From an uncultured Pseudomonadales bacterium (GTDB taxonomy: Bacteria; Patescibacteriota; Microgenomatia; UBA1400; UBA1396): a DNA stretch of 64,000 nucleotides. The first letter of the stretch is position 1. Each line of letters begins with the position of its first letter. The stretch is taken from the NCBI GenBank assembly GCA_964447905.1, contig CAYUUK010000002.1, positions 21,176 to 85,175 of the forward strand, in the 5' to 3' direction. This document shows positions 48,192 through 58,087 of the stretch, one piece after another. The notes beneath the pieces are model-generated. The model saw nothing but the letters and a program-made list of their open reading frames with translations. It searched no databases and was not told the origin of the DNA. The translations under genes and the position numbers were made by a program.

Positions 48192-50046
48192 ATGGAAACT
48201 CATATTTTGCACATCCAAAATGCCAAAGAAAATTCATTTAAAAAGCGGATAGGTCAACTTTTTAAGAAATTTTCATCTCAAAAAAACACCTTCCTCTTCT
48301 TGAGTGGAGGAGGTGTTGTAGGCGCGATTCTCCTAGCCGCTCTCGGATTAACTGGCTGGGTGTGGTTACAAGGAGAGCAGCATATATTGCCGAATGTCAG
48401 TATTGAGAACACTGCAGTGGGAGGACTTTCACCAGCAGAAGCTCAATCAAAGCTCTCAGAAAATGTTTCTCTGCCAGAATATGAAGTTCGAGTACTTGAT
48501 TCAGATGAAACGTACGCGACACCTTCTTCCTCGCTGGGGCTGCGAGCAGAAACAGAAACCGCCCTGCAAGCAGCAAAAGATATTGGACATGCCGGCAGTA
48601 TTTGGAAACAGTTCACCACTCGCTGGCAGCATGTCATGGGATCCGCTTCTACTACAGTTCCCCTGCTGTACTCTTACGAACCAAATGCTCTTAATGAATG
48701 GACTACGTATCTCGAAAAAGAAATGTTCATTCCTGGTGAGCATCCGCAAGCCGTGTGGCTCGGCAGCACCTACCGTATCGACAGTGGTGAACTGGGTCAA
48801 AAACTTGAAACCAAGGTCCTCATTGAGTCACTACAAAGCACAGCTGGTCAACCTACAGAAGTATTTGCCCCCATCGAGGCCACCCACACACCGCTGAGTG
48901 CCGACGCTCGTATCTTCGCTGAACAGAGAATAGAAGCAGTACGATCTCTTTCTCTCACCCTCTCCGTAGCCGAAAATGAACCAACACGCCCCGTTGCACC
49001 AGAAGATTTTTTTTCCCTGGCTGAAGCTCCCAGATGGCTACTGGACGGCCACCATGTCCTCAGATCTGAGAGAAATAACCGCCGACTGGAATCGCGACCC
49101 ACAAAACGCCGTTTTTGAACAAAACGAAGCAGGGGAGCTCACTGCATTTTCTCCTGATCTCTCTGGCAGAGAAGTCCAAATAGAACCCCTTACGCAAACC
49201 ATCATTGAAACTTTGCAGAAACTTTCTCCTCCCCAAAACAACACCCTGTCGGAAACAGAAAAAACAATCGCCGTTCCTACCAAAACCACAGAGGCTGACA
49301 TTTCTCTAGCGGAAACAAACTCACTGGGAATCAACGAAAAAATTGGTGAAGGGGTATCCACATTCTTTGGTTCAATTCCCAACCGAGTATTTAACGTAGA
49401 ACTCACGAGTACTCGCCTCCACGCCACCTTGATACAACCCGGTGAAGAGTTTTCATTCAACCGATCTATCGGCGAAGTAAGTGCTCGCACTGGGTATAAA
49501 TCAGCGTATGTTATTTCTGGTGGCAGAACCGTTCTTGGAGACGGTGGCGGGGTCTGCCAAGTAAGCACCACTATTTTCCGCGCTGCTCTTGAAGCAGGAC
49601 TCCCAATCACCCAGTGGAAACCACACAGTTACCGAGTAGGGTACTACGAACAAAACACCGAACCTGGGTTCGATGCTACTATCTACGCCCCTACAGTTGA
49701 CTTCCGTTTTAAAAACGATACCGGACACGCCATCGTGGTAGCTACTGATATAGATGTGCCAAATCGCCACCTCGTAATATCGCTGTGGGGCACGAGTGAT
49801 GGCCGGCGAAGCGAAATATCCAACTACGAGATTTGGAACCAGCGCTCGGCACCAGCTCCGTTGTATCAAGATGAACCATCTCTCTCAAAGGGTACCCTCA
49901 AACAAATTGACTGGGCTGCTCCTGGTGCAAACACTCGATTTACCTACACTGTTTTCAATGAGGATGGTTCACAAAAGAGTCAACGCGAGTTCACGAGCTA
50001 CTTCCGACCATGGCAAGCGGTATACCTTGTGGGCACCGGCACATAA
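48192..50046 (+). CDS. VanW-family peptidoglycan-binding protein interrupted by a +1 frameshift at a T8 run
   Basis: ORF 48192-49118 (TM, PG_binding_4-like) and ORF 48976-50046 (FSFN, GGGVCQVSTTIF, HS, DATI, DFRFKN) join if T8 at 49007-49014 is read as T7. Confidence 0.85.
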
Positions 50047-50079
50047 GCCTGTTACAATAAAACGAAAGCTAAAAACATC

Positions 50080-51111
50080 ATGCACTTAGTACTTGGACTT
50101 CTCATTTTTTCTTTTTGTGTAACGAGTGCCTTTATTGTCCCGTTTATCGATACGCTATATCGCTTCCGCTTTCAGCGACAAAAGCAAAAAACAATCGACG
50201 CATTTGGCGAAAGAACCACGATCTTTGACACTTTCCACGCCCACAAAGCGGGAGTGCCTGTTGGTGGCGGCATGCTCATTATCCTGGTAGTTACCGGGAT
50301 TTATGCCCTCGTGTACCCAGCAATGAAGTACTTAGGCATTACCACTACCAATGTGTATCCTTGGTTGGCAGAAGTAACTATTCTCTTTTTCTCCTTTTGG
50401 TCCTTTGGACTCATCGGGCTCTACGACGATATTAAAAAGTTCTTCGGCATTAAAAAAAGTAAATTTTTTGGGCTCCGCATGCGTCACAAGCTGCTTTTGC
50501 AGATTGCCTCAGCTGGAATCACTGGCAGCATGATGTACTTTTGGTTAGGCATCAATTTCCTCCACCTGCCATTTTTAGGGCAAGTACAGCTCGGACCACT
50601 CTTTATTGCGTACGCTACTTTTGTCATAGTTGCTTTTGCCAATGCCGTCAACATCACCGATGGTCTTGATGGGTTAGCAAGCGGCGTCCTCCTGTTCTGT
50701 CTGTTTGGTCTCTGGGTGCTGTCCTCTTCGATCCTTGATACCACACTTTCCATATTTATCGCTCTGCTCATTGGAGCACTGATTGCGTTCTTGTACTTCA
50801 ATATCTATCCAGCCCGAATTTTTATGGGAGATGTAGGAGCACTCGCCTTTGGTGCGGTACTTGCGGTAATGGGATTGCTGCTCGGGAAAACAATTGCCCT
50901 GGTGATTATTGGCGGCATCTTTGTCGTTGAAATCTTCACGAGCTTAGTACAGCTCATTTCTAAAAAATACCGGCATAAAAAAGTCTTTCCAGCCGCACCG
51001 TTTCATCTTTGGCTGCAGTACATTGGTTGGGAAGAACCCAAAATAGTCATGCGAGCCTGGATGACCGGCATTATCTTGACCGCTATCGGTGTTTGGCTTG
51101 CCATGCTCTAG
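50080..51111 (+). CDS. mraY: Phospho-N-acetylmuramoyl-pentapeptide transferase
   Basis: KAGVPVGGG, YDD, NAVNITDGLDGL, IFMGDVG and APFHL motifs. Confidence 0.95.
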   Translation: MHLVLGLLIFSFCVTSAFIVPFIDTLYRFRFQRQKQKTIDAFGERTTIFDTFHAHKAGVPVGGGMLIILVVTGIYALVYPAMKYLGITTTNVYPWLAEVTILFFSFWSFGLIGLYDDIKKFFGIKKSKFFGLRMRHKLLLQIASAGITGSMMYFWLGINFLHLPFLGQVQLGPLFIAYATFVIVAFANAVNITDGLDGLASGVLLFCLFGLWVLSSSILDTTLSIFIALLIGALIAFLYFNIYPARIFMGDVGALAFGAVLAVMGLLLGKTIALVIIGGIFVVEIFTSLVQLISKKYRHKKVFPAAPFHLWLQYIGWEEPKIVMRAWMTGIILTAIGVWLAML

Positions 51112-51149
51112 AGCATGCAAAAGAGTCAGTTACGCAACATACCTCATAC

Positions 51150-52928
51150 CTATTTCACTGTAACGCTTTTAGCCAAGTTTCGCGGCTTATCTGGATCTAA
51201 GCCCTTTACCCGAGTCAGGTGATAGGCAAACAGCTGACCTAATACTGTTGCACCGAGTATCGAGCCTAATAACGAAGGGTGCGTTTCCCAAAACTCCTTG
51301 GAGACCGTAAATGGCTGCGCTCCAAATTGATACAGCTCTCCACCACGGGCTGTCACTTCTTGAGCACTCGAAGCAGAGACATCTTGCTCGGTCTCTTCGC
51401 CAGAAAGCAAAAGAGTGGCAAAGCCTGGCTCGATTAAAGCTAACGTACCATGCTTAAGTTCACTCGCAGCTAACCCTTCAGCATGGATGTAGGAAATTTC
51501 TTTAATTTTGAGAGCAACTTCTTGAGCAACGGCGGCAAACAACCCATTTCCCAACACATAAATACTCGACTCATCCGCCAGCCGCTTCGCGAGTGAGACC
51601 AATCTTTCCTCTTTGTGTTCTGCCGCGATCAGTTTTTCCAGCGATTGCGCTGTTCGATAGAGCAGAGTATTTACTTCCTCTGCTTTCATGTGAGAAAGTG
51701 CTGCCGCTAATCGCCATAAGTAGGCAACTTTTGCCGTGAAGGCTTTTGTTGAGGCAACGGCTCGTTCTGGTCCTGCCTGCAGTACAAGCGCCACATCAGC
51801 CATACGATACAAGCTTGAGTACGGTACGTTCACTAATGAAAGCACTTTGACCCCTTTTTTCTGTGCCATACTAACAGGTTCTACCACGTCGATTGTTTCA
51901 CCACTCTGCGACAAAACAATCACTACCGTCCGCTCATCAACATACGGCAGCATTGTTTCCGTAAACTGACTCGCTAAAACTGGTTGTACGCGCTTGTTAA
52001 GGGCAGAACTCAACAACTGTGCTCCAATAACACTCGCATGATACGCAGTGCCACAACCAGTGATCACCACTTGATGAGCATCGCGAAGCAGATCAAGCCC
52101 AGCAGAAAACTCCGACTCTTCAAGTGCAGCGAGAGTACGAATAACGCCTGGCTGTTCGGCAATTTCCTTCTGCATAAAGTTGTCGTAAGAACCTTTCCCA
52201 GCCTCTATATTTTCGGCAGGAATCTCCACTTTAGTCAATGAAAGTGTTTCATTAGTGGCAAGTGAAAAGAGCGTCGTTCTCTGCAACGACACCTCAGCTG
52301 CTTGCCCATCCTCAAGAAAAACTGCTTGCTGCGTATACGGCAAGAAAGCCAGGGCATCGGAAGCAAAAAACGTAGCATTTTCGGCAATGCCTAAAACTAG
52401 CGGCGAACCCTCTTTGGCAACGAAAAAAACACCTTCTCGTGCATCAAACAGGACAATCGCATTCAAGCCTTTTAAGCGCTGAAACATACTTCGGAAAGCA
52501 GCACGAGCGGTTGGTGCTTTTTCTCGTTCCGCATCATAGAGGTGGACAATCACTTCTGAGTCCGTATCTGAAACAAATGTATGAGAAGAGACCAGGGATG
52601 CTTTTAGCTCTCGATAATTCTCCACAATGCCGTTATGCACCACGGCCACACTGGCATCCTCATTCAAATGGGGGTGTGCATTCGCTTGCGTTACACCACC
52701 ATGCGTGGCCCAACGAGTGTGTCCAAACGCAAACTGGGTATCCAGGAGATCTGGAGAATCCTCCTCACTCGGTACCGAACCAACCTGCTTCTCAACCACT
52801 ATTTTTCCAGATACATGCTGAGCGACTCCCCAGGAATCATACCCACGATACTCAAGAGATCTCAGACCCTGCAATACTGACTTTCCATCCAGTGCTTGCT
52901 CACTTGCAAATCCAAAAACACCACACAT
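51150..52928 (-). CDS. glmS: Glutamine--fructose-6-phosphate aminotransferase
   Basis: MCG N-terminus, LEYRGYDS, GHTRWATHG, SQSGET, VASTK, ELKHG and PRNLAKSVTV motifs. Confidence 0.98.
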   Translation of the reverse strand: MCGVFGFASEQALDGKSVLQGLRSLEYRGYDSWGVAQHVSGKIVVEKQVGSVPSEEDSPDLLDTQFAFGHTRWATHGGVTQANAHPHLNEDASVAVVHNGIVENYRELKASLVSSHTFVSDTDSEVIVHLYDAEREKAPTARAAFRSMFQRLKGLNAIVLFDAREGVFFVAKEGSPLVLGIAENATFFASDALAFLPYTQQAVFLEDGQAAEVSLQRTTLFSLATNETLSLTKVEIPAENIEAGKGSYDNFMQKEIAEQPGVIRTLAALEESEFSAGLDLLRDAHQVVITGCGTAYHASVIGAQLLSSALNKRVQPVLASQFTETMLPYVDERTVVIVLSQSGETIDVVEPVSMAQKKGVKVLSLVNVPYSSLYRMADVALVLQAGPERAVASTKAFTAKVAYLWRLAAALSHMKAEEVNTLLYRTAQSLEKLIAAEHKEERLVSLAKRLADESSIYVLGNGLFAAVAQEVALKIKEISYIHAEGLAASELKHGTLALIEPGFATLLLSGEETEQDVSASSAQEVTARGGELYQFGAQPFTVSKEFWETHPSLLGSILGATVLGQLFAYHLTRVKGLDPDKPRNLAKSVTVK

Positions 52929-52985
52929 AGTTACTCCTCAAAATATCGCTACAGCAGTAACGATACAGTTCATTTTCTTTGAAAG

Positions 52986-53195
52986 GTAACTTCGATCAGT
53001 GCTTTTGGTATGTTGTTACCAACATGGTTTAACACCTTCGTCTTTGTCAGATGGTTACTGCACCTGGAGGGTTTCCGCAGATACTCATGAAAGTTTCATG
53101 GTCCGATTGTCGTATACAAAACACTGTATATTGACCCCTCATCCTCGTCTCCCATTCAATGTATACTTTGCACACATTGATGTGGGCCACACGCT
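52986..53195 (-). ncRNA. glmS ribozyme/riboswitch-like RNA (variant)
   Basis: In the glmS 5' UTR: A-GCGUGUGG, P1, GACGAGG, P2 (GAGGG/CCCUC), AUCG, UGCGG, P3 (CAGGUG/CAUCUG), P4 with AAACC/AAAA internal loop and GUAA tetraloop, and P3.1 (GUAAC/GUUAC), all in canonical order. Confidence 0.8.
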
Positions 53196-53313
53196 CTTCT
53201 TTTGCCTAATTTGCCTAGTATTGCCGTATATGGAAATCCTCCGTACTCTATTTTCATAACTATACCAAATCCCCCCGACAGAGGAAAGAAGTTGGTATAC
53301 ACTGAGTACTACT

Positions 53314-54675
53314 ATGCGTATTGACTATCGAACACTCCTGCAAGAACAGGTCCGAGGCAAAAAAATACTCGTTTTTGGACTCGGCAAACAGGGTGGTGGC
53401 ACAACGGTAGCCCGGATACTTTCAGGATGTGGAGCAGTTGTTCGAGTATCGGACCAGAAATCCGCCTATGAACTCGAACTCTCTCCTGAAGACCTTCCTC
53501 CAGAAATTGAGCTTTCACTCGGTGAACACCGTTCAGACGACATTGATTGGGCGGAAATGATCATTAAGAATCCAGGCGTACCGTTCTCTCATCCTTTGAT
53601 GCAGCAAGCGGAGCAAAAAGGCATCCCTGTTCTAACCGAGACTGCGCTCGCACTGCCACTTATTCGCGAAAACACTATTGGTATTACCGGCACGCGAGGA
53701 AAAACAACTACTACGCACCTTATTCACCACATCCTCACTTTTGCCGGCAAAGAAGCACACATTGGTGGCAACATTCCAGGAAAACCCACCCTTTCTTTGC
53801 TCACTTCAGTTGAGGAAAGTGCACTCTTTGTCCTTGAGATACCATCGTTCCACATCGAGTCACTGATGAAAGAGAAAATATCCCCTCACGTGGCGGTTGT
53901 CACCAATGTGTATCCTGACCATCTTGATCGATACAGCTCACTAGAAGCGTACGCTGCCACAAAAGCCGCTCTTTTCTCCTGGCAAAAAGACGGTGATCTT
54001 GCCTTCTGGAACGGTCCTTCAGAGTGGCTCTCACTTATGAACCAAAACATTCAAACTGGCGTAACATTTCACTCCCTGCCGAATCAGGAAGCCGGCAAAA
54101 AAGAGTACCGCTTACAGATTCCCGGCGAACATAACCAAGATAATGCTCGAGTCGCAGCGGCCGTTTGCCTAGAAATTGGTGTAGAAGACAAGGTTATTCA
54201 AGAAGCGCTCGCGACATTTACTGGTGTCCCGCATCGGCTGCAAACAGCAGCAACTATCAACGGAATTCGCTGGATAAATGACTCAAGCTCCACCACTCCA
54301 ATCGCGCTCCAAAAAGCGATCGAGTCACAAACAGAACCCTTCATTCTGATTGCTGGAGGTACTACGAAACACTTGCCATTTCCCGATGCTCTGGTGCAAC
54401 AAATAGGACAGATACGTGCAAACATTGTGTGGTTAGAAGGATCAGGAACAAGTGAGTTACTGACAGAAATACAACAAATCGACCCCACCTACACTCCGTT
54501 TACCACGCGCTCGTTGCCAGATGCAATGCGAGAGGCAAAAAAAAGAGCACAAACAAGCAACATAAACACAGTACTTTTCTCACCCGGATTTACTTCATTT
54601 GAGTTATTTGACAATGAATTTCACCGCGGGGACACCTTCCTCAATGAGGTCGCCTCATATGCAGAAAAAACTTGA
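53314..54675 (+). CDS. murD: UDP-N-acetylmuramoylalanine--D-glutamate ligase
   Basis: GLGKQG, NPGVP, GITGTRGKTTT, GGNI, PDHLDRY, HRLQ, NDSS and LFSPG motifs. Confidence 0.96.
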   Translation: MRIDYRTLLQEQVRGKKILVFGLGKQGGGTTVARILSGCGAVVRVSDQKSAYELELSPEDLPPEIELSLGEHRSDDIDWAEMIIKNPGVPFSHPLMQQAEQKGIPVLTETALALPLIRENTIGITGTRGKTTTTHLIHHILTFAGKEAHIGGNIPGKPTLSLLTSVEESALFVLEIPSFHIESLMKEKISPHVAVVTNVYPDHLDRYSSLEAYAATKAALFSWQKDGDLAFWNGPSEWLSLMNQNIQTGVTFHSLPNQEAGKKEYRLQIPGEHNQDNARVAAAVCLEIGVEDKVIQEALATFTGVPHRLQTAATINGIRWINDSSSTTPIALQKAIESQTEPFILIAGGTTKHLPFPDALVQQIGQIRANIVWLEGSGTSELLTEIQQIDPTYTPFTTRSLPDAMREAKKRAQTSNINTVLFSPGFTSFELFDNEFHRGDTFLNEVASYAEKT

Positions 54676-54701
54676 AAAAGTGAAGTGATTACACCAGAAC
54701 T

Positions 54702-55847
54702 ATGTTTAGAAATATCTCTGCCCAGCTGAGTACTCCGAGAAACTTTTTTCTCTTTGTGTTGGCCTTTTGTGTATTTGGGTTAGTCCTTATTTATGATGCC
54801 TCTGTTGCTGAAAGCCTCAGTACATTTGGCCATCCTTGGCACTATGCCAAGTACCAAGCTATCTGGCTGGTAATCGGCTGCACTGCCTTTACCGTGGCGA
54901 GTTTCATTCCGGTAAAAGTATGGAAGGCTCTTGCCCCAGTTATCTTTATTGGCGCTATTGGTCTGCTCGTGGCGGTGCTTATTCCGGGGATCGGCACCGA
55001 AACCCTGGGTGCGCAGCGGCGTATCGTCCTTGGACCAATTAATATTCAGCCGGCGGAAATTACCAAACTCGCCTTGGTCTTGTTCTGCGCCCACTGGCTC
55101 GAAAAACACCAGCGATTCGCTCCTTTTTTACTGCTCACGAGCGTTGTTTTTCTGCTCATTATGCTACAACCCAACTTGAGCACTGCTTTTATCACCGTAG
55201 CAGTAGCAACTATCATGTACTTTCTGGCTGGAGGAAAAATTCGGCCGCTCATACTCTTTGGCACCATTGGAACAGTACTTCTGGCACTGCTTATTTTTTC
55301 AGCCGACTATCGCAGAGAGCGCCTGCTTACTTTTCTCAACCCAGCAAGTGATCCACTTGGTCGCTCTTACCATATTCGGCAAATAACCCTAGCTTTGGGA
55401 AGAGGAGGAGTCTTTGGACAGGGGATCGGACTCTCGAAACAAAAGCAACAGTACATTCCGGAAGTCAGTACGGACTCAATATTTGCCATCGCAGCCGAAG
55501 AAGCAGGCTTCATTGGCAGTTTGTTGCTCCTGGGAACCTACGGTGTGCTCCTGCGTACTGGGTACGACATTGGGCTGAAACAACTGCGTGAACAAGATAC
55601 CTTCGGCTTTTTAGTGGCGTGCGGCATAACCACGTGGATCGCGTTCCATGTAGTGTTAAATGTTGCTGCTATGGTGGCCCTGGTACCGCTTACGGGCATT
55701 CCACTTCCGCTTATCTCATATGGCGGATCCTCTTTCGTATCATTCATGATCGGCTTAGGAATTTTGCTGGCTATACTCAAACAAAATACTGATACAACAA
55801 AAAAAGGAACTAAAAACCGCGTTGCTTTACGATCGCGTAAAAGGTAA
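54702..55847 (+). CDS. ftsW: SEDS peptidoglycan polymerase FtsW
   Basis: QPAEITK, LQPN, GQGIGLSKQK, PEVSTDSIFA, EE and PLTGIPLPLISYGGSS motifs. Confidence 0.93.
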   Translation: MFRNISAQLSTPRNFFLFVLAFCVFGLVLIYDASVAESLSTFGHPWHYAKYQAIWLVIGCTAFTVASFIPVKVWKALAPVIFIGAIGLLVAVLIPGIGTETLGAQRRIVLGPINIQPAEITKLALVLFCAHWLEKHQRFAPFLLLTSVVFLLIMLQPNLSTAFITVAVATIMYFLAGGKIRPLILFGTIGTVLLALLIFSADYRRERLLTFLNPASDPLGRSYHIRQITLALGRGGVFGQGIGLSKQKQQYIPEVSTDSIFAIAAEEAGFIGSLLLLGTYGVLLRTGYDIGLKQLREQDTFGFLVACGITTWIAFHVVLNVAAMVALVPLTGIPLPLISYGGSSFVSFMIGLGILLAILKQNTDTTKKGTKNRVALRSRKR

Positions 55848-55848
55848 T

Positions 55849-56526
55849 ATGAAAGCTATGTATCCCAAAAAATGGATCGCGTTAGCCTTCATACCGGTAG
55901 CACCGCTGCTTCTTTTCTTTGTACTCACACTCAGTATTTGGCGAGTACGCACGGTAACTCTGGAACCAGAAGGTGTTGCGCATGCCGCCTACATTGCTGA
56001 CGGCAGCGAAGCACTCCCTCCCAGACTAGCAACCGGCGCCCAGACCTCCATACAAGCAGGCGACGCCCGTGCCGATATAGTCGCCTCTTTTCTCGAGCGA
56101 CATAACTCTCAGCTAGAACCCTATGACTACTACGGTCGAGTGCTCGTGGAAACCGCAGACCGCTACAACCTAGACTATCGTTTATTGCCCGCAATCATGA
56201 TGCAAGAAAGTAACCTCTGTAAAGCCATTCCACCAGGATCGCATAACTGTCTCGGATTCGGTATTCATGCCCGCGGAACACTTGGCTTTGAGAATTACGA
56301 AGCCTCATTCGATCGAGCAGCACGTGAACTCAAAGAGCGCTACGTGGATATTGGGCTCACCACACCAGAGGAAATCATGACCAAGTACACGCCATCGAGC
56401 AACGGCTCTTGGGCTTTTTCAGTGAACCAATGGATAGTCGAAATGGAGTATAACGACCGAGAGTTTGCTCGACAAAATCGACAAAACAATAATTTACTTG
56501 AGTACACCAGAGAAGAGCAAGAGTAA
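55849..56526 (+). CDS. Membrane-anchored lysozyme-fold (glucosaminidase/transglycosylase-like) protein
   Basis: TM then ADRYNLDYRLLPAIMMQES..NCLGFG..KY..W pattern with a catalytic-type Glu in QES. Confidence 0.7.
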   Translation: MKAMYPKKWIALAFIPVAPLLLFFVLTLSIWRVRTVTLEPEGVAHAAYIADGSEALPPRLATGAQTSIQAGDARADIVASFLERHNSQLEPYDYYGRVLVETADRYNLDYRLLPAIMMQESNLCKAIPPGSHNCLGFGIHARGTLGFENYEASFDRAARELKERYVDIGLTTPEEIMTKYTPSSNGSWAFSVNQWIVEMEYNDREFARQNRQNNNLLEYTREEQE

Positions 56527-56556
56527 TTTTCCCAGGCTAGTGATACAATAGGTCCC

Positions 56557-57792
56557 ATGAAAAAACAGTGGCCCCTGAAGCGACTGATATCGAGTAGTTT
56601 ACTGACCCTGCTGAGCCTATTCGGCTTCTTGTCTGTGGCCGTGCAGCCAGCGTGGGCCCAAAGTTGTTCATTTACGGTGAGTGGTGCGCAAGATGGCGCT
56701 GTTCAACTCACGCATACTAATCAATCCGTCTACATCACCATTCAAAATGCTGAGATAAATGGCGAGCTCATTAACGCCCCTGATGATGCAGCTTTTTACA
56801 TTAACGTTCCAGAAGCTGGGCGAGTAGGGCGCCGATACTACATACCATCGAGCCTTGTGAACAATGGAGTTATCACTACTTCCTTACAGAACGACTCTGC
56901 AGGCACCTATCTCTTTGATCCCAACCAAAGTCATACCTTGCAATTGGTACGTGACTGGGGTCCTGCCACCAACCACACGGTGGTTTGTGAAGCGAACGCT
57001 ATCGTCGTGCGAGGAAACTCCGATCAGTGTACGATCACTCACCAGGTCACAAAAAATCCTGATGGAAACTTTAACCTCGGTATTACCGTTAACACCACCC
57101 AACTAGACCGCAATAGTGGCTACTACCTTACTCTCGATACCGGTCTCCTCAATGCCGTGAATCAATACTTTGAACCAGAAAGTAATGGGTTTTCATTCGT
57201 TCAACCGCTCGATGCTTCGTATGCTAACCGCACTTTCCAGCTCTATGTTCGCCCTTCCTCTTGTCTTGAATTCAGCGGTGGGGCGTGTGCGGTTACCGGT
57301 TGTAGCGCCATGGTCACATTTCCAGAAAGTGCTCCGGTAGTTCCAATCAACTACGAAACCGCTGATGGTATCGAAGACGTTAACCCAGATGCGGTGCCGG
57401 TTATGGGTGGCCGAATTGCTACGCAAGGATTCGAGTACTGTTTGCAGGTGCCAGATGGACGCCAACGTGAAGCCTGTAACCGCTGTTATAGCGAAGCCGA
57501 CGCAGAAGGTGACCGCGTGTACACCGCACTCGGCTGTGTGCGTACTAACGGAGCCGGTCTGACCCGCGATGTAGTACGTGTGTTTATGGGAGTTGCCGGT
57601 GGAGTAGCGTTCTTCTCAATACTCTCTGCCGCCTTCATGTTCAGCTTATCTCAGGGAGACACCAATAAAGTAAAACAAGCACGTGAGCTCCTCACCGCGG
57701 CAGTCAGTGGACTCTTCTTTATTATTCTCTCAATCTTTATTCTTCAGTTCATTGGAGTCAATATTCTCGGTATTCCAGGTTTAAGCAGTTAA
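56557..57792 (+). CDS. Secreted Cys-containing protein with C-terminal CPR-type (TrbC/VirB2-like) pilin domain
   Basis: Signal peptide (AWA-Q), beta-rich body, TALGC then two TM helices flanking SQGDTNKVKQARELLTAAVSGL. Confidence 0.75.
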   Translation: MKKQWPLKRLISSSLLTLLSLFGFLSVAVQPAWAQSCSFTVSGAQDGAVQLTHTNQSVYITIQNAEINGELINAPDDAAFYINVPEAGRVGRRYYIPSSLVNNGVITTSLQNDSAGTYLFDPNQSHTLQLVRDWGPATNHTVVCEANAIVVRGNSDQCTITHQVTKNPDGNFNLGITVNTTQLDRNSGYYLTLDTGLLNAVNQYFEPESNGFSFVQPLDASYANRTFQLYVRPSSCLEFSGGACAVTGCSAMVTFPESAPVVPINYETADGIEDVNPDAVPVMGGRIATQGFEYCLQVPDGRQREACNRCYSEADAEGDRVYTALGCVRTNGAGLTRDVVRVFMGVAGGVAFFSILSAAFMFSLSQGDTNKVKQARELLTAAVSGLFFIILSIFILQFIGVNILGIPGLSS

Positions 57793-57816
57793 CACCTACG
57801 CATAAGTCGGTATTAC

Positions 57817-57850
57817 AAAAAAAAGAACTGGCCAATACCAGTTCTTCTTT
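57817..57850. terminator. Probable bidirectional terminator between the pilin-domain gene and tRNA-Leu
   Basis: aagaactgg-ccaata-ccagttctt stem with an A8 run on the left and a T-rich run on the right. Confidence 0.75.
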
Positions 57851-57853
57851 GTT

Positions 57854-57938
57854 TGGTGCCCAGGAGAGGAATCGAACCTCCACGGATTGCTCCACACGGT
57901 TCTAAGCCGAGCGCGTCTACCAGTTCCGCCACCTGGGC
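57854..57938 (-). tRNA. tRNA-Leu(TAG) with encoded CCA
   Basis: GCCCAGG/CCTGGGC acceptor, anticodon loop CT-TAG-AA, long variable arm, GGTTCGATTCC, 3' ACCA. Confidence 0.95.
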
Positions 57939-58087
57939 ACAGTTCCTTTTTTGCTCTACACAATAAGGTCTCCCTATTATATACCGCGTCTAGCCAAGAA
58001 CAAATTCATTTTAAAGACACTTGGTTGCCTGGATGAAAGAGAAAACTGCTAGATTCACGCCGCAAAGACATGTATAGTGAAGGTACT

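Noticed and set aside
52999-53259. 86-aa plus-strand ORF in the glmS-murD intergenic region
   Set aside because: No recognisable protein features, and it lies antisense to the ribozyme-like RNA that explains the region.
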